Source of the DNA: Podarcis tiliguerta
Lineage: Eukaryota
Length of the DNA: 64,000 nucleotides
Assembly (NCBI GenBank): GCA_965153285.1
Contig: OZ229111.1
Strand: one strand, 5' to 3'
Shown: positions 25,301 to 36,955 of the stretch, piece after piece
How the letters are laid out: every line of letters starts with the position of its first letter
Numbering within the stretch: position 1 is the stretch's first letter
The notes under the pieces: model-generated
The model's database searches: none
What the model saw: only the letters and a program-made list of their open reading frames with translations
What the model was told of the DNA's origin: nothing
Position numbers and translations under genes: made by a program

Positions 25301-28210
25301 CAACACATGCATGGCATTTAATGCAATTCATTGAACAGCTATTATCAGTAAACAATCTGAAATGCAGGTAAAATTGTGTTTGGTCAAATAGGCTCCTAGA
25401 ACTGGCTTGCCTTTTTGTTCTTGCAAAGAAGGAAATACTGAGGAGCATCTGCACAACCCAACACACGTGTGTGTGTGTGTGTCTGTGAGGGGGGGGGGTT
25501 AAGGTTGCCAACTTTCAAATCAGCACATGCAGCTCTCTCTTCAAGCACAGTTTGATAGGCAGCAATTGGCAGGTGATAATGCTTAGCTGCAAAAGTGGTG
25601 CCTGATGATTTATGCAAATCAAAGCTTTCTTATAGGGCAGGAGCGGGTTGTTTTTGCTTTTATCTAGTTGGCAATCCTAAAGGAAATGCAAAACTTTTGG
25701 TAACCTCTATATGTGGCTCATAGAATGGGAGCTGAAAGAAGTAGGCAGCGTCCATCTCCCAGCCATGCATTCTGTTTTAATACATGCAGTTGCCTTGATA
25801 ATAGCTGAGTGCAAAGAAATTGAAGTGAGCCCCTAGTGCATCGCAAGGCTAAGGATGTTATGCACGTAAGCAAAAGGACTGCTGATGTTAAACACAACAG
25901 ACAGGTGATTAGATACCACACTGTTGACTCTGTTTGTTCATTATTGCTATTTAGCTAGGTTTTGTTTTTTAAAAAGTAGGTACCTGGAGGTTAAGTAAGC
26001 ATAGCAGATGCATGGAGAGGAAGTGAAGAAAGGGAGGGAATTAAATCTGCTTGCTCTTATTTGTAGCTGCTAGTGAAGCTGATGTTGCTGCAATTAAACT
26101 CACATTGACTCCGGTGCCGGCAAGATTGGCAGCTGAGCATGCACAGTGGTGGGGCTTCAACGTTTTCAGTTCTTACTTAAGTAGGGGGTGGGATCCTTTG
26201 GGGCCCTACTGTGCTGTATTAAATGCAAAATCAATTATTCAGCACAAAACACCATTGCCCCAGCTTCGCTGGCTTTTTGGCAGCGCCCCGATAACCTGAC
26301 ATATCAAATGCAATTAAGCCTTTGGTATTCTTCCATTCCTGCGGTCAAAAAGTCCACTCTTGATAACATACAAACCCCACAGCATCAATCACTTGTGTTG
26401 CCTTTTGATTCTAGGAAGATTTTTAAAAAATTCTAAACCTGCAAAAATCACAGTAGACTAAAACTTCATTTATTTAAATAATTGATTTATATTAAATGAA
26501 CCTGTATCTGGTCCTGATGATTTGCAGGTAAACCTCTACTTGTAAATATTCCTTAAAAATTCCACGAGGCAAATTATTGTGTGTTTTTGAAAAGCACCAT
26601 CTGATGTAGGAATTAGTACCAATGATTCTAGTGCCGTATAGTGTTTACTTGCACAGATCCAGAACTCTGTGTGCCCTCCGATGTGCACCCAGACCCCCTT
26701 ACATGGAGTGGTTTCCTCATTCACTTTAATTGTGTGCAAGACTCAATCCATGGGAATGTTTTTCTGCCTCTCTGCACAGCAGATCCCCCTCATCTGCAAG
26801 AGATCTCTGGATCATCACAAATGCTTTTAACACGAGGGTTTCTCTGTGTTTCCAAGCCCAGGGACCTGTAAGTTAGAGCTGGTTCAAGCAATTCTGTGAG
26901 GCGCGTGGCAGAGTCTGGGTGAAACTGCCTCACGGCACCTTAGGGAGATGGGATGTTTCAAACCACCCCTAGTTCTCCTTGCACATCCAAAACCCACTTC
27001 ATCTGCATCCACTGGCTTTGCACTTACAGAGGGATTTTGACATGGAGTGCTTTCATGTTAAGTCACCATTATGGAAAAGTATGAATCAGCTCAAAGTTCC
27101 ACTGAAGGCAGTGAGATGTGCCTGTAAATAGGTGAGTGGATATGGAGATGTCTAGCCCAGTGCAGTTCACTCTAACTCAGTAGTGGGAGCCAGATGTGGC
27201 CCCCCAGGGCGTCTCTATCTGGTGCTCAGCAGCCCTATTTCACACCTTCAAGTATTTTTTTTTGCCTAACTGGAATGTATCCTTGAACAGATCATGCCTC
27301 TTGGTTGCCTAGAATGAAGAATATAGAGGTGTATGTGTATGTGTGTGTGTAAACAAGCCCGCTGTATAAAGGTAAACATTTGCTGGTTCCCACAATTTTG
27401 CTTCTCACCCCTGGCATTGGGCCCCCTGCCATGTGCCCAGATGGCACTGTGGACATTGATCAGATACTGGCTCTAACTGGCACCAATTCTTAAAGACTTC
27501 AGGCACCGATCCTTTGCAGCCCTGATCCCCAAGATCTGTTTAAATGAAAGATGCTGATGGTTGGAAACGGCGTGCAACTAACTTGCAGTGTTACCGAGCT
27601 GCATCCCTTTCTCTAACCCTTTTCCCCCTTGCAGTACTGAGCTCAGATCCTGTTAAGCATGTCAGGATGGGAAGCCAGTGGCTTTTCAAAAGGGAAAAGA
27701 GAAACACACTTGGTAAACAAAGCCCCAGTGGGTGAAACAAGTGGAACAATATATGCAAAGGAGTACAGGCTGAAATCCCTCTGAAATGCAGGCTAAGATC
27801 TTGGTTGATGAGAAAGGGGTAAGATCTGGGCCCAGGGAAGACACACTCCCCCCCACCAAACCCTCTGCAATAAAGTTAGATGCTTGCTGTACAAGCTCTG
27901 TTAGAGCTTTCTTAAAAAGTGACGTTGGCATGAAGGCTGCAGAAAGCTACAGCAACATCAGTGCTATTATTTACGGCACTACTAAATCATATTAAAATAT
28001 AGTATACCGTACTGGAGTGTGATAATACTATGTTTAAGCAATTACTTTTGCTGGCTAAGATTCATGACTGCTGCACAGGCAAACCTCACCCCCTCCTATC
28101 GCTTTCAGTGGGCAACCTTTTCAAAAGCAAAGTTACCGCAGTGCCAAGCCGTCTCATTTTATGCATGGCTTTGTTCCGCTTGTTTAGCTGTACTAGTTTG
28201 CTTGAGCTGG

Positions 28211-28211
<1 letters not shown>

Positions 28212-28243
<32 letters not shown>
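28212..28243. repeat. (CA)n microsatellite
   Basis: Read directly from the sequence. Confidence 0.95.
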
Positions 28244-28245
<2 letters not shown>

Positions 28246-28370
28246 AATTTTACTTGTTGGTTTGTGTTAGGGATGCCATGAAATGACTTATACTTTTAAA
28301 AGCAAAGTTTTAATGCAGTACCCTTTTTAGTAAGGGTGTGCCAAATGATGCTGCGGACTGCAGCTCTGGC

Positions 28371-28508
28371 ATCATAGAATTGTGGAGTTGGATGGGACCA
28401 CAAGAGTCATCTAGTTCAACTCCCTGCAATGCAGAAATCTTTTGCCCAACGTGAGGCTCGAACCCACAACCCTGAGATTAAGATTCTCATGCTCTACCAA
28501 CTGAGCTA
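28371..28508 (-). mobile_element. tRNA-Lys(CTT)-derived SINE with CR1-type tail
   Basis: Reverse complement TAGCTCAGTTGGTAGAGCATGAGAATCTTAATCTCAGGGTTGTGGGTTCGAGCCTCACGTTGGGC closely follows vertebrate tRNA-Lys(CTT), then GAGTTGAACTAGATGAC...TCCAACTCCACAATTCTATGAT. Confidence 0.85.
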
Positions 28509-28929
28509 TGTACATTTTAATTTATTTATATGTTTGAATGTTTATGACCCCCCGTTTTTCATAAAATATACCAAGGCAGCTTACAACATAAAATGCAATG
28601 GAACCTATCTACAAATGTCTATAAAGCGTAATGAAAAACATCAATAAAGCATCAGTAGATATTGTCTGGTATCTACTGATACATTGTAAATATACATTGT
28701 CTCTTTGAAGCAAATGGGAGTACGAGGCTAAGTTAGGTGTGAGCCACATTTATTTGTATACATCTTGAAACGATTCACTCATAGACATGAATATTGCCTA
28801 AACCTGTAATAGGAAGCTGGTTATAAGTCATTCAATGACTATGCTGCCTAAAGTGCTACAACTCCCTCTTGAGGAAAGTTAATTCCACTCTCTACCTCCA
28901 AAACAAAACAAAACACTCTAATGGCCTTC

Positions 28930-29226
28930 CTTAGTTAAGATAGTCAAAATCTTCATTTTTAGGAAGGCTTTGGGGACATAAACTGTTGTTTCCCTTTTGA
29001 AGTAGTTTTAATGGCTGTGGTTACATTGTTTTTGATGGATTTTTTTTATTTAAAAAAACACATTCTACTCTCTCCGTTGTTTTAATGTTTTATAGCTGCT
29101 GTTTTTCTTTCCATTGCCAAATTGTTTTTTAAATGGTTAAGTTATTGTTTCAACTTGCATCATTAACTACCTTGGGCTCCTTGAGGAAAGGCAGGCTATA
29201 ACCATTTTGAATGAATGAATGAATGA
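28930..29226 (+). mobile_element. Old L2-like LINE 3' tail
   Basis: TTTTTAGGAAGGCTTT...ACCTTGGGCTCCTTGAGGAAAGGCAGGCTATAA followed by (TGAA)n. Confidence 0.45.
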
Positions 29227-29423
29227 TAGCAAAATGGAACACCCATGTTCAGAACCAGTGTACCTGACATAAGAACAGGTCAGTGGGAATAACTGGCCCC
29301 TGGAATAACTGGAATTGCTCGGCCACTGCAGGAGACAGAGTGGGCTAGGCAGAACTTTGGTCTGATTGAGCCAAGGCAGTATTTTCCTATTCTTGCATTA
29401 TATAGAAGCATCGATGGAAGATG

Positions 29424-29714
29424 CAGAGGTGGTTTTAGGGCAGTGCGACCAGTTCCCCCACACTGGGCACCCAGTGCAGAGGGAGCCTGGTAAGCACTTG
29501 CTGAGCTAGGAGAAGGAGACGTGAGGGCTCTGACAGGGTCCTAGAGTCCTCTCACCTTCTTAAAGCCTAATTACTGCTTTGGGAAGGAGGTAGGAAGGCT
29601 CTAGGACCCCCTTCCAGAGCCCTCCTCCCTCTTCCCCAAAGCCTGGCATGGCATGAGGGCTGGGGTGGCAAGTTTTGGGCTAGCTTAGGGCACCACAGTA
29701 CCAAAGTCTGCCCA
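29424..29714. mobile_element. hAT-like MITE with internal inverted repeat
   Basis: Flanked by the direct repeat GGAAGATG(CA) at 29416 and 29715; internal IR GAGGGCTCTGACAGGGTCCTAGAG / CTCTAGGACCCCCTTCCAGAGCCCTC. Confidence 0.55.
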
Positions 29715-31103
29715 GGAAGATGCACACTTGGTTTTGTAGGTCATCTGGGGATCTATAAATGCTATTTCACTCATTACTGGAGACAGAAGACAGGAAGATG
29801 CACCTCTATGCAGCACCTAAGTTACTGGTGAATTTGGAAGCATTTCCTGCCTGCGGTTGGTAAAGCACAGGGGGAGCACATGAGGACAAAGGACAAGAGA
29901 GCTTCTGTATTTTTAAAAACTGTTGTGTAGGGGAGGGCGTTTCAGTCGACACAGGCTTTCTTGCCGTTGCAGGATAAGCTGCTCCTGCCGAAAACACCCC
30001 CTTTCTTTGCAACTAGTAAAGACAAATACAGGAGCCCTGCCCTCCTCTGCATCTGCTCACCCTAGTAAAAGGAGTTTACTAATGGCCTACCTTTAACAAG
30101 ATGGCACGAAAGGTTAAGTATTGCAAATGCAGAGCTCCATCCTGCAAAAACATATGCCCCTGCACAGCAGTACACCCTGCATGAGGTTGTTTGCCATTTT
30201 TATTGGACCTCAATAAAGAGCTTGTTGCAGGTTTCAGCAGCCAGCCTTTTCTTTTAGGGTTGCCAACTATTGAACTGAACCCTTCCCGCCCCCCCCCCCC
30301 CGCCGGCCATAGCTGTTCCTTTACCAGCCATTTGATCAGCATCAATTAGCAGGTGAGGGCAGTTCTGTACCATAAAAATCTTTGCCTGCTGATTGCTGCA
30401 GAATAAAAAGTCTTTTAAAGGGCCAGACCAATGATTTTGCGTTCTAGCCCATTAGGCTTCATGGTCTTATGGAGGAGCCTTTCTCTTTAAACAGCAACAG
30501 TGTATTACTTCTGCAGTGTTTGGGGGCCCACATGGGTGTCTGCCCCAAAGTCCTTCCCTGAGATTCTATTTGTTTTCTCTTTGTTGTGCAGTCATATTGA
30601 CCCCCCCCCTCCTGGGGGGGGATATGTGGTGGGAAACTGTAAACTTCCTTCAGATGGCACATGGATTTCTGTTGTGATGTAGAATGTTGCGGTGTGCAAA
30701 TGGCATAGTGGCACAGCTTCCCCTTCCTTGTCAGTTTTTGCAGCCCAGGCTGATGCTTTATTTATTGACTCAGCTGTAAGCTCCACCAACTTAGAGTCAG
30801 CCTGTGCAGGACTGCACCCTTAAAGGTACAGGAGCAGGCGGAATGGGCAGACCAGGACAGCTTGAAGTCCCACCGTTTGAAAATGATTTATTCCACACAT
30901 TCTGTGGCAGCAAAAATCTGGGCTGGCCACCTAGAGAACACGTGACAGGGATCCGTTCCCCGACAAGTGTGGCTGTGTGCGACATGCATGTTTGTAAACA
31001 TGTACTGATCACTTACCACTTTGAGGCATTTATTTAATGCATCCTAGGCTAGAGCTAGATGCTGCAAAACAAACATATTCCTAACCCTGGGCTTGTTTGG
31101 TTA

Positions 31104-31317
31104 TTGCATTTATACCCCATCTATTTCCCTCCAAGGAGGTGATGCACATGGTTCTCCCCCTCCGCATTTCATGCCCCCAACAGCCCTATGAGATAGGTTA
31201 GGCGGAGAGGTGGTGGCTGGCCCAAGGTGACCCAGTGAGCTTCTTAGTAAAGTGGCGATTTGAACCCTGGTCTCCCAGGTCCTAGTCCGACACTCTAACT
31301 GCTGCACCAACACTGGC
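31104..31317 (-). mobile_element. MIR-like tRNA-CORE SINE
   Basis: Reverse complement GCCAGTGTTGGTGCAGCAGTTAGAGTGTCGGACTAGGACCTGGGAGACCAGGGTTCAAATC...CTGGGTCACCTTGGGCCAG (CORE-like)...GGGGTATAAATG. Confidence 0.75.
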
Positions 31318-31607
31318 TGTCAAGTTTACCCCTGACCCCAGTGTGGGGACAACTGCTGGGTGAATTGGCAGAGGGTGCTTAATCCTTCTGCTGCCACCCA
31401 GTTCTCCCTTCCCCCTCTCCTTGTGGCTTGCTTCTTCCCCTTTTTTTCTGACCAGCTATATCTGAGCCTAGAAATATGCCTGGCCTGGGAAAGGGATGAG
31501 GTTTGGGGAGCACTGGCAGATGGGAGGAAGATTAAGCAGCCCCTCTCCACCCCCTCAGTTGTTCCCCATCTCCACATTATGACCAACATGTCTTTGATGA
31601 ATTAATG

Positions 31608-31715
31608 GGTGTTGGTCTCTAGATTCCCTCAGCTTTAGCCAGCATGGCCGGTGGTCAGGGATGATGGGAGTTATAGTACAACAACATCCAGGCGACCCCT
31701 ACCTCCTCACCCTGG
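31608..31715. mobile_element. Palindromic squamate hAT-like MITE fragment
   Basis: AGCCAGCATGGCCGGTGGTCAGGGATGATGGGAGTTATAGTACAACAACATCC. Confidence 0.55.
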
Positions 31716-32443
31716 ATTAACATATTGTGTCACATAAGGTGTATGCCTAGATAGATAACACATGAAGCAGACTTAAATACTGACATGGCATTTTAGGTAC
31801 TGGTGCATCTGTGTTACTGGCTTAGTCTCTTGTTTTCCAGAACTTGTTTGTTTGCATTGACAGGAATTTACTCTCCTTTAATTTGTTAGCATAGTTAACT
31901 AGGCTGGAGTTTTACAGAGCACGTTGTGAATCAGGTTCTGTGCTCTGGTAGTAGCTAGTTAAGTGTACAGCCATGCTTTTTGAATTAAAAATATATTAAC
32001 TTTTTCTTTTTATGAATAGGCCCCATAGTGTTCTGAGCTTTCCTGGTTTTCCCGCCCCCCCCCTCCTCCCTGCTATTAAGTTTATATTTTATTCTGAATT
32101 GAAAAGAACATTGTGGTTGTCTTGACTACTAAAAAAGCTTATCCTACACACCGCTTAGAAGATGTGCATAATGCATCGGTTAAAACAGAAGAGGGGGGGG
32201 GGGGGAGAGAGAAAAGCGCAGAGCAAAGCTCTCACTCTGCTCCGCTTCTGGGACTCTCCAGCAACAAATCTCGAGGCAATTTCTGCTAGGATGCCGTCTG
32301 TTTAAGCAAAGCTAACTGGCTTGCCACATTGTTATGCATTCATGTGCTGTGTCGGTGATCATTTTCTTCAGGCACATTCACTTTGCAGGTTAAAAATAAA
32401 ATAAAAAAATAAAATCCCCCTTCCTGTTTCTCTTTCTTTCCAG

Positions 32444-32517
32444 GCGATAGTGTACGAAGGCCAAGACAAGAACCCAGAAATGTGCAGAGTTCTGCTCACC
32501 CATGAAATAATGTGCAG
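32444..32517 (+). CDS. EBF1: EBF1 coding exon 5 ([24 protein letters not shown](S))
   Basis: Acceptor tctttctttccAG|G; donor CAG|GTAAGA; carries the His and first Cys of the zinc knuckle. Not present in the ORF track. Confidence 0.97.
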
Positions 32518-35500
32518 GTAAGAAAGCTCCTGTCATCATTTAATTAGCAAATGCAAAATTAATTTCTGTCTCAAAAAAGAAAGCGAGGGGGGGGGGATGA
32601 AAGTAGGTTGATCCTGTAACTATTTTGGAATGTAAAAGCATCACTTTCTTTGCTTCCAAGAAGCCCAAAATAACAGTTTTACATCTGCAATTAGCAGCAA
32701 AGCCCCAGTCATCATACACATTTTCAATTATTTATTGGAGCTCAATCCTCAACAATGTATGAGAAGCTTCCGTTTAGACACTGTAGCCTTAATAGGCGCA
32801 GGAAATGTCTTCACACCAAAAAATGTTAGCATCTAAATTGCTGCCTTTCGAGGAGGAGTCATTATCCAGCAGAATCTCCCAGCAGTAAAATTGCCATGTT
32901 AGGCCGCTGGGATCACGATGGGCTTTCATTCAGCCGGACAGAAAGGCAGAGGATGTTGTCATCTTTTTACGGATTTACAGGTTTATTCTCAGCAGCGAGA
33001 TGCCATTTCGGCTGCCTGGGAAGGGCGTTTTAGGGGGCCAGGGAAGGGAATATGGTCTGTGGTCAAGGTGATGATATCTGTAATGCAGACATAAGGCTTG
33101 GATGCCGCAAGGACTCTGGTGCTCAGGTTTACTATGGCTTCTTCGTTTCAATGGGACCATTCATGGGAGCAAATTTACACCTATTTCGAAGCCTCGGATA
33201 AGAGGCCATTGGCTCGACACAAGGTTTGTCCTTGTTTGGAAATATTTCCACATGTGTTTCTATCCAGGGCTGGCTTCTTTGGATCTGGCAGAATTAAGCA
33301 ACAGCAACTCTACTGGGGCTATTTGGGAACTGATCGCAGCATCTTTTTTCTTTCTTAAAAAAAGAAATAAAGATGTGGGTCTTTTGCTTTTCCGATTCCA
33401 TGAAGGATTGCATTAGGGTGCTGCCAGCTTTTGCACTGGGCTCCTGTGCCTGTCCCTTTAATGGCAGTTTGATTGGCAGCACTTAGCAGGTGAGTACGTT
33501 TAGCTGCAGGCCATGAAGAGCTCTGCTGCTGATGGCTGCTGCAGAACAAATCTCTGTTAAAGGGAATAGGCGAGGCCTTTTCTTTCTTAGGCCATGTGAC
33601 AAAACTCTCAGCAAGATCCGTAAGCTCATGCTAATAGGCATGACCCTACAATTTCAGTGAAGCCAGTGAGTATTTTTAAAAATAAATTTCAGGAATTTCT
33701 GTGCAGTGAAACACTGATGTAAGGAGGGAGGCCTGGTGAAAAATGGCCCCAGAGCTCCCTTTCCTTTGATTGCTGTGTAGGAGAGGGAATTTCAGTAGAT
33801 AAAGCTTGGATGACAAGCTCCAGTGACTGAAATTCCCTCTTCTATTTGAGGTGCTGGGAACCTTTATTCTTTTTCACCTGGATACTCCACATTGAAAAGT
33901 GGGAAAGTTCTCCAGATGACTATCAGAAACTCTGGTGTCAATTGTGAAACAGTGTATTCTTGAGGGTCTCTAGGGGTTGTATCAAATGGATTTGTCCCAT
34001 GAGTGCAAGTGCTTTCACCTGCGATATGGGTCTTCATTTCCCTCTTCTTTCTCTGCATCCTCCCAATCCACTCAGTTGGTTGGGGGAACCTCCATCACAG
34101 ATTGGGGGCAGGGTGGTTGGGGGAAGAGGAAGAACGACTTGCACTAACAAGACAACTTCATTAGATAAAAACCTATGCTCCAAAAGTGAGACATGGGGGA
34201 TCATTTACAGTTTTACTGTGCAGCAGGCAGAAATCCAATAGGTGAAGCATATCTCCATACAGGACAGCACACACGTGTTGAATTTCTGCCTGTTGTGCAA
34301 CTGTTAAAATTGAGAGCTCCTTGAGGTGAGAACTGTTCTATTGGAGTGCATATAATGGGTGTAATTTGGAGGAAGTTTGAAACACCCATCTCGCGGGTGG
34401 GGTGGGGTGGGGAGGAATTTAACATTGTTTACATTTAAGCAGCACAAATTTCAGTCTGATTTCTCTGGGCTCCAACTATATCAGATAAGACGCTAACCAC
34501 GCTTTATTGAAGATAGTGACAAAATTCCCCATGATTTCAGTGTGAACAGATGGCACTTGGAATTTTAACACCCACAAGACTTCCTTTCATTTATAGTGCC
34601 AACACACAGTAGTCTGTTCTCCTTAAATTATACAAAACTCTACATATTTACTTTAAATAAACCAAAAATGCAAAAAATAACTAGATGTTAGCCAATTTTA
34701 ATATCTGTGTCAGAAAATTACATGGCTGCCAATATACCTTGACATGAAAACAACATTCTGGGCCAAAATTTTGAATTTACTTGATGTAGTATTTGCATTG
34801 TTCTTAAATGTGCAATAGATCTTTCAATTTCTCACTGCTTTACAAATGCATGCATGCAGGCAGAAAAGGACATGTTGCTTGAAATAAGAGGGTAACACCC
34901 TGTTAAAATATTTTAGGGCCAATGTGAGCATTCTTAGATGTTGACCAAACTATAAAAGATGCTCTTTTTTCTATCTGGCTGCCTGATCTTAATGCACAAA
35001 CCTCTGGTTGGTTGTACAGATACCACACTTTTCAACAATAAGGAAGGTTTGGAGGGTGTGTGTTCCAGCCTTGGTTTCTCTACCACTCGCTTCCCTGCCT
35101 GCTATAAGTGGAAGTTGGGATGTGCTGAATCTGCACCAGGGGTTCAAATGCAGCCTCAATTATAAGCATAAAATTAGAGTCTGTTCCCCATTAATCAGCC
35201 CAGCTAATTGCTATGCACTACTATTAGCCATATGGTGTGAAAGACAGCTTGCTCTCTCTAAGATGAAATTTCTTCATTCCAGACATGAAATAGTGAAGGC
35301 CCTGTGCTTCAGAATAGCTTGTTTTAGATATTTAATTCCCAAACAACTTTCAGCAGCGCCTTCGATCAAGGCTAACGGCACAATAAAACTTTGAGTTTAT
35401 GTCACCAAAACCGAATATTTACAAAATGGAAGGGACTGTGTTGCGGAGGAAACAAAGGGCTCAGATGTAGAGGAGAAATCCTGGATGAGTGGAAACAGCA

Positions 35501-35938
35501 AAGAACTGAATTGAGATTAAAAACGGTTGCTTGTTTACTGCACAGGATTTCCAAGTATCTTGAAGAGATGGTTCTTTTGGTGATGATAAAAATAAGAATA
35601 ATGCTGAGGACAAGAATAGCTTCATAATTCATATTAGAGGAGAATCTTGCAGAGCTAATTTTTGTTAGTGGCCATTGTGCAAGAGAGATATCAAGGTGCA
35701 ACCTGACTTCTAAAGAGCATCGTCCTCTTTTCACCATAGATAATTTCTGTTATCGTCAGCTTGTGTTTACTTTTAAATGGCAGTTAATCAGACAGTTGTC
35801 TGGATGCTTTCTGGCAGGCTTCGAAGTTGGCACAATTCAGGTTCTGGTCCTTTGTTACCATCCCTTGGAAGCAGCAGTAAAAAGGGCAGTCATGTGAATG
35901 GGCCCCAAGATCTGCAAGGGGCAGCTTCTTATACTGTA

Positions 35939-36325
35939 TAGTGGTACCTCAGGTTAAGAACTTAATTCGTTCTGGAGGTCTGTTCTTAACCTGAGGTACC
36001 ACTTTAGCTAATGGGGCCTCCCGCTGCTGCCGCACGATTTCTGTTCTCATCCTGAAGCAAAGTTCTTAACCCGAGGTAATATTTCTGGGCTAGCGGAGCC
36101 TGTAACCTGAAGCGTATGTCAGTGGCGTAGCATGGGTTGTCAGCACCCGGGGCAAGGCAAGTAATTTGCGCCCCCTAACCCGTGGATTTTAGCACTCAGA
36201 GAGCTGCGAGTGCGAGAGCGCGCCCCCCCCAGATGTTGCACCCGGTGCGGCCGGCCCCCCTGCACCCCCCACGCTACGCCACTGGCTTATGTAACCTGAA
36301 GCATATGTAACACAAGGTACAACTG
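35939..36325. mobile_element. Tc1/mariner (Tigger/pogo-like) MITE, interrupted by a nested hAT MITE
   Basis: TA|TAGTGGTACCTC ... AAGGTACAACTG|TA: TA TSDs and a CAGTGGTACCTC-type TIR. Confidence 0.8.
36120..36284. mobile_element. hAT MITE nested in the Tc1/mariner MITE
   Basis: Perfect 12-bp TIR CAGTGGCGTAGC / GCTACGCCACTG; 8-bp TSD GCGTATGT / GCTTATGT; CpG-rich, suggesting a young insertion. Confidence 0.9.
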
Positions 36326-36816
36326 TACTCTCAATGCAGCACATTACGGGTTACAGTATTATTTTATTTTCGGGCTATCGTTCTCATGTTCTAACATAGT
36401 ATAACCCAGATCATCATCAGCTTCTGCACAGGATGGTTCACCTCTGCTTTTTGTTCTGTGGTGGTTTCAAGACTGATCATTCTCAGAGCACTAAATGACC
36501 CAACAAACACCCACCCACCCACCCACCCCACAAACACACATACACAGAACAAATACCTATCATTTATACAGTATATGCCAAGCTTCACATTGTTCAGTGC
36601 AGAAATCCTTACAACTGCTGGGTATGGCTGACTGATATTCTCACCATTATATAGATTGCAGGGTGTATGTGTGGCTACCCAGTGAATTCATGTCTGATAA
36701 AGAGATTTTATCCAGAGCCTTCCTATGTGCATCAAATGAGACAGGATGTGGGGTTTTTGTGATTGGCTCTCCAGTGCATATACCTCCACGATCCTTTTGA
36801 TCATTCGATTTCAATT

Positions 36817-36955
36817 CCAGCATGGGGAACCTGTGGCCATTCAGATGTTGTTGGACTGAAGTTCCCACCCATCCCACACAAAATGGCTAATGGTCAGGGA
36901 TTATGGGAGTTGTAGTCCAGCCACAACCTGGAGGGCACTAGGTTCCTCACCCCTG
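36817..36955. mobile_element. Palindromic squamate hAT-like MITE, near full length
   Basis: GGGGAACCTGTGGCCATTCAGATGTTGTTGGACT ... AGTCCAGCCACAACCTGGAGGGCACTAGGTTCCTCACCCCTG form self-complementary arms. Confidence 0.7.

Noticed and set aside
28444-28508. Functional tRNA-Lys(CTT) gene
   Set aside because: The 5' acceptor stem is missing, the anticodon loop and T arm carry substitutions, and it is fused to a CR1 tail. It is a SINE head.
32372-32388. 17-nt microexon or alternative acceptor upstream of exon 5 (cag|GCACATTCACTTTGCAG|gttaaa)
   Set aside because: Weak donor, and the downstream intron would be only 55 nt. Used as an alternative acceptor, it reads into an in-frame TAA. No positive support.
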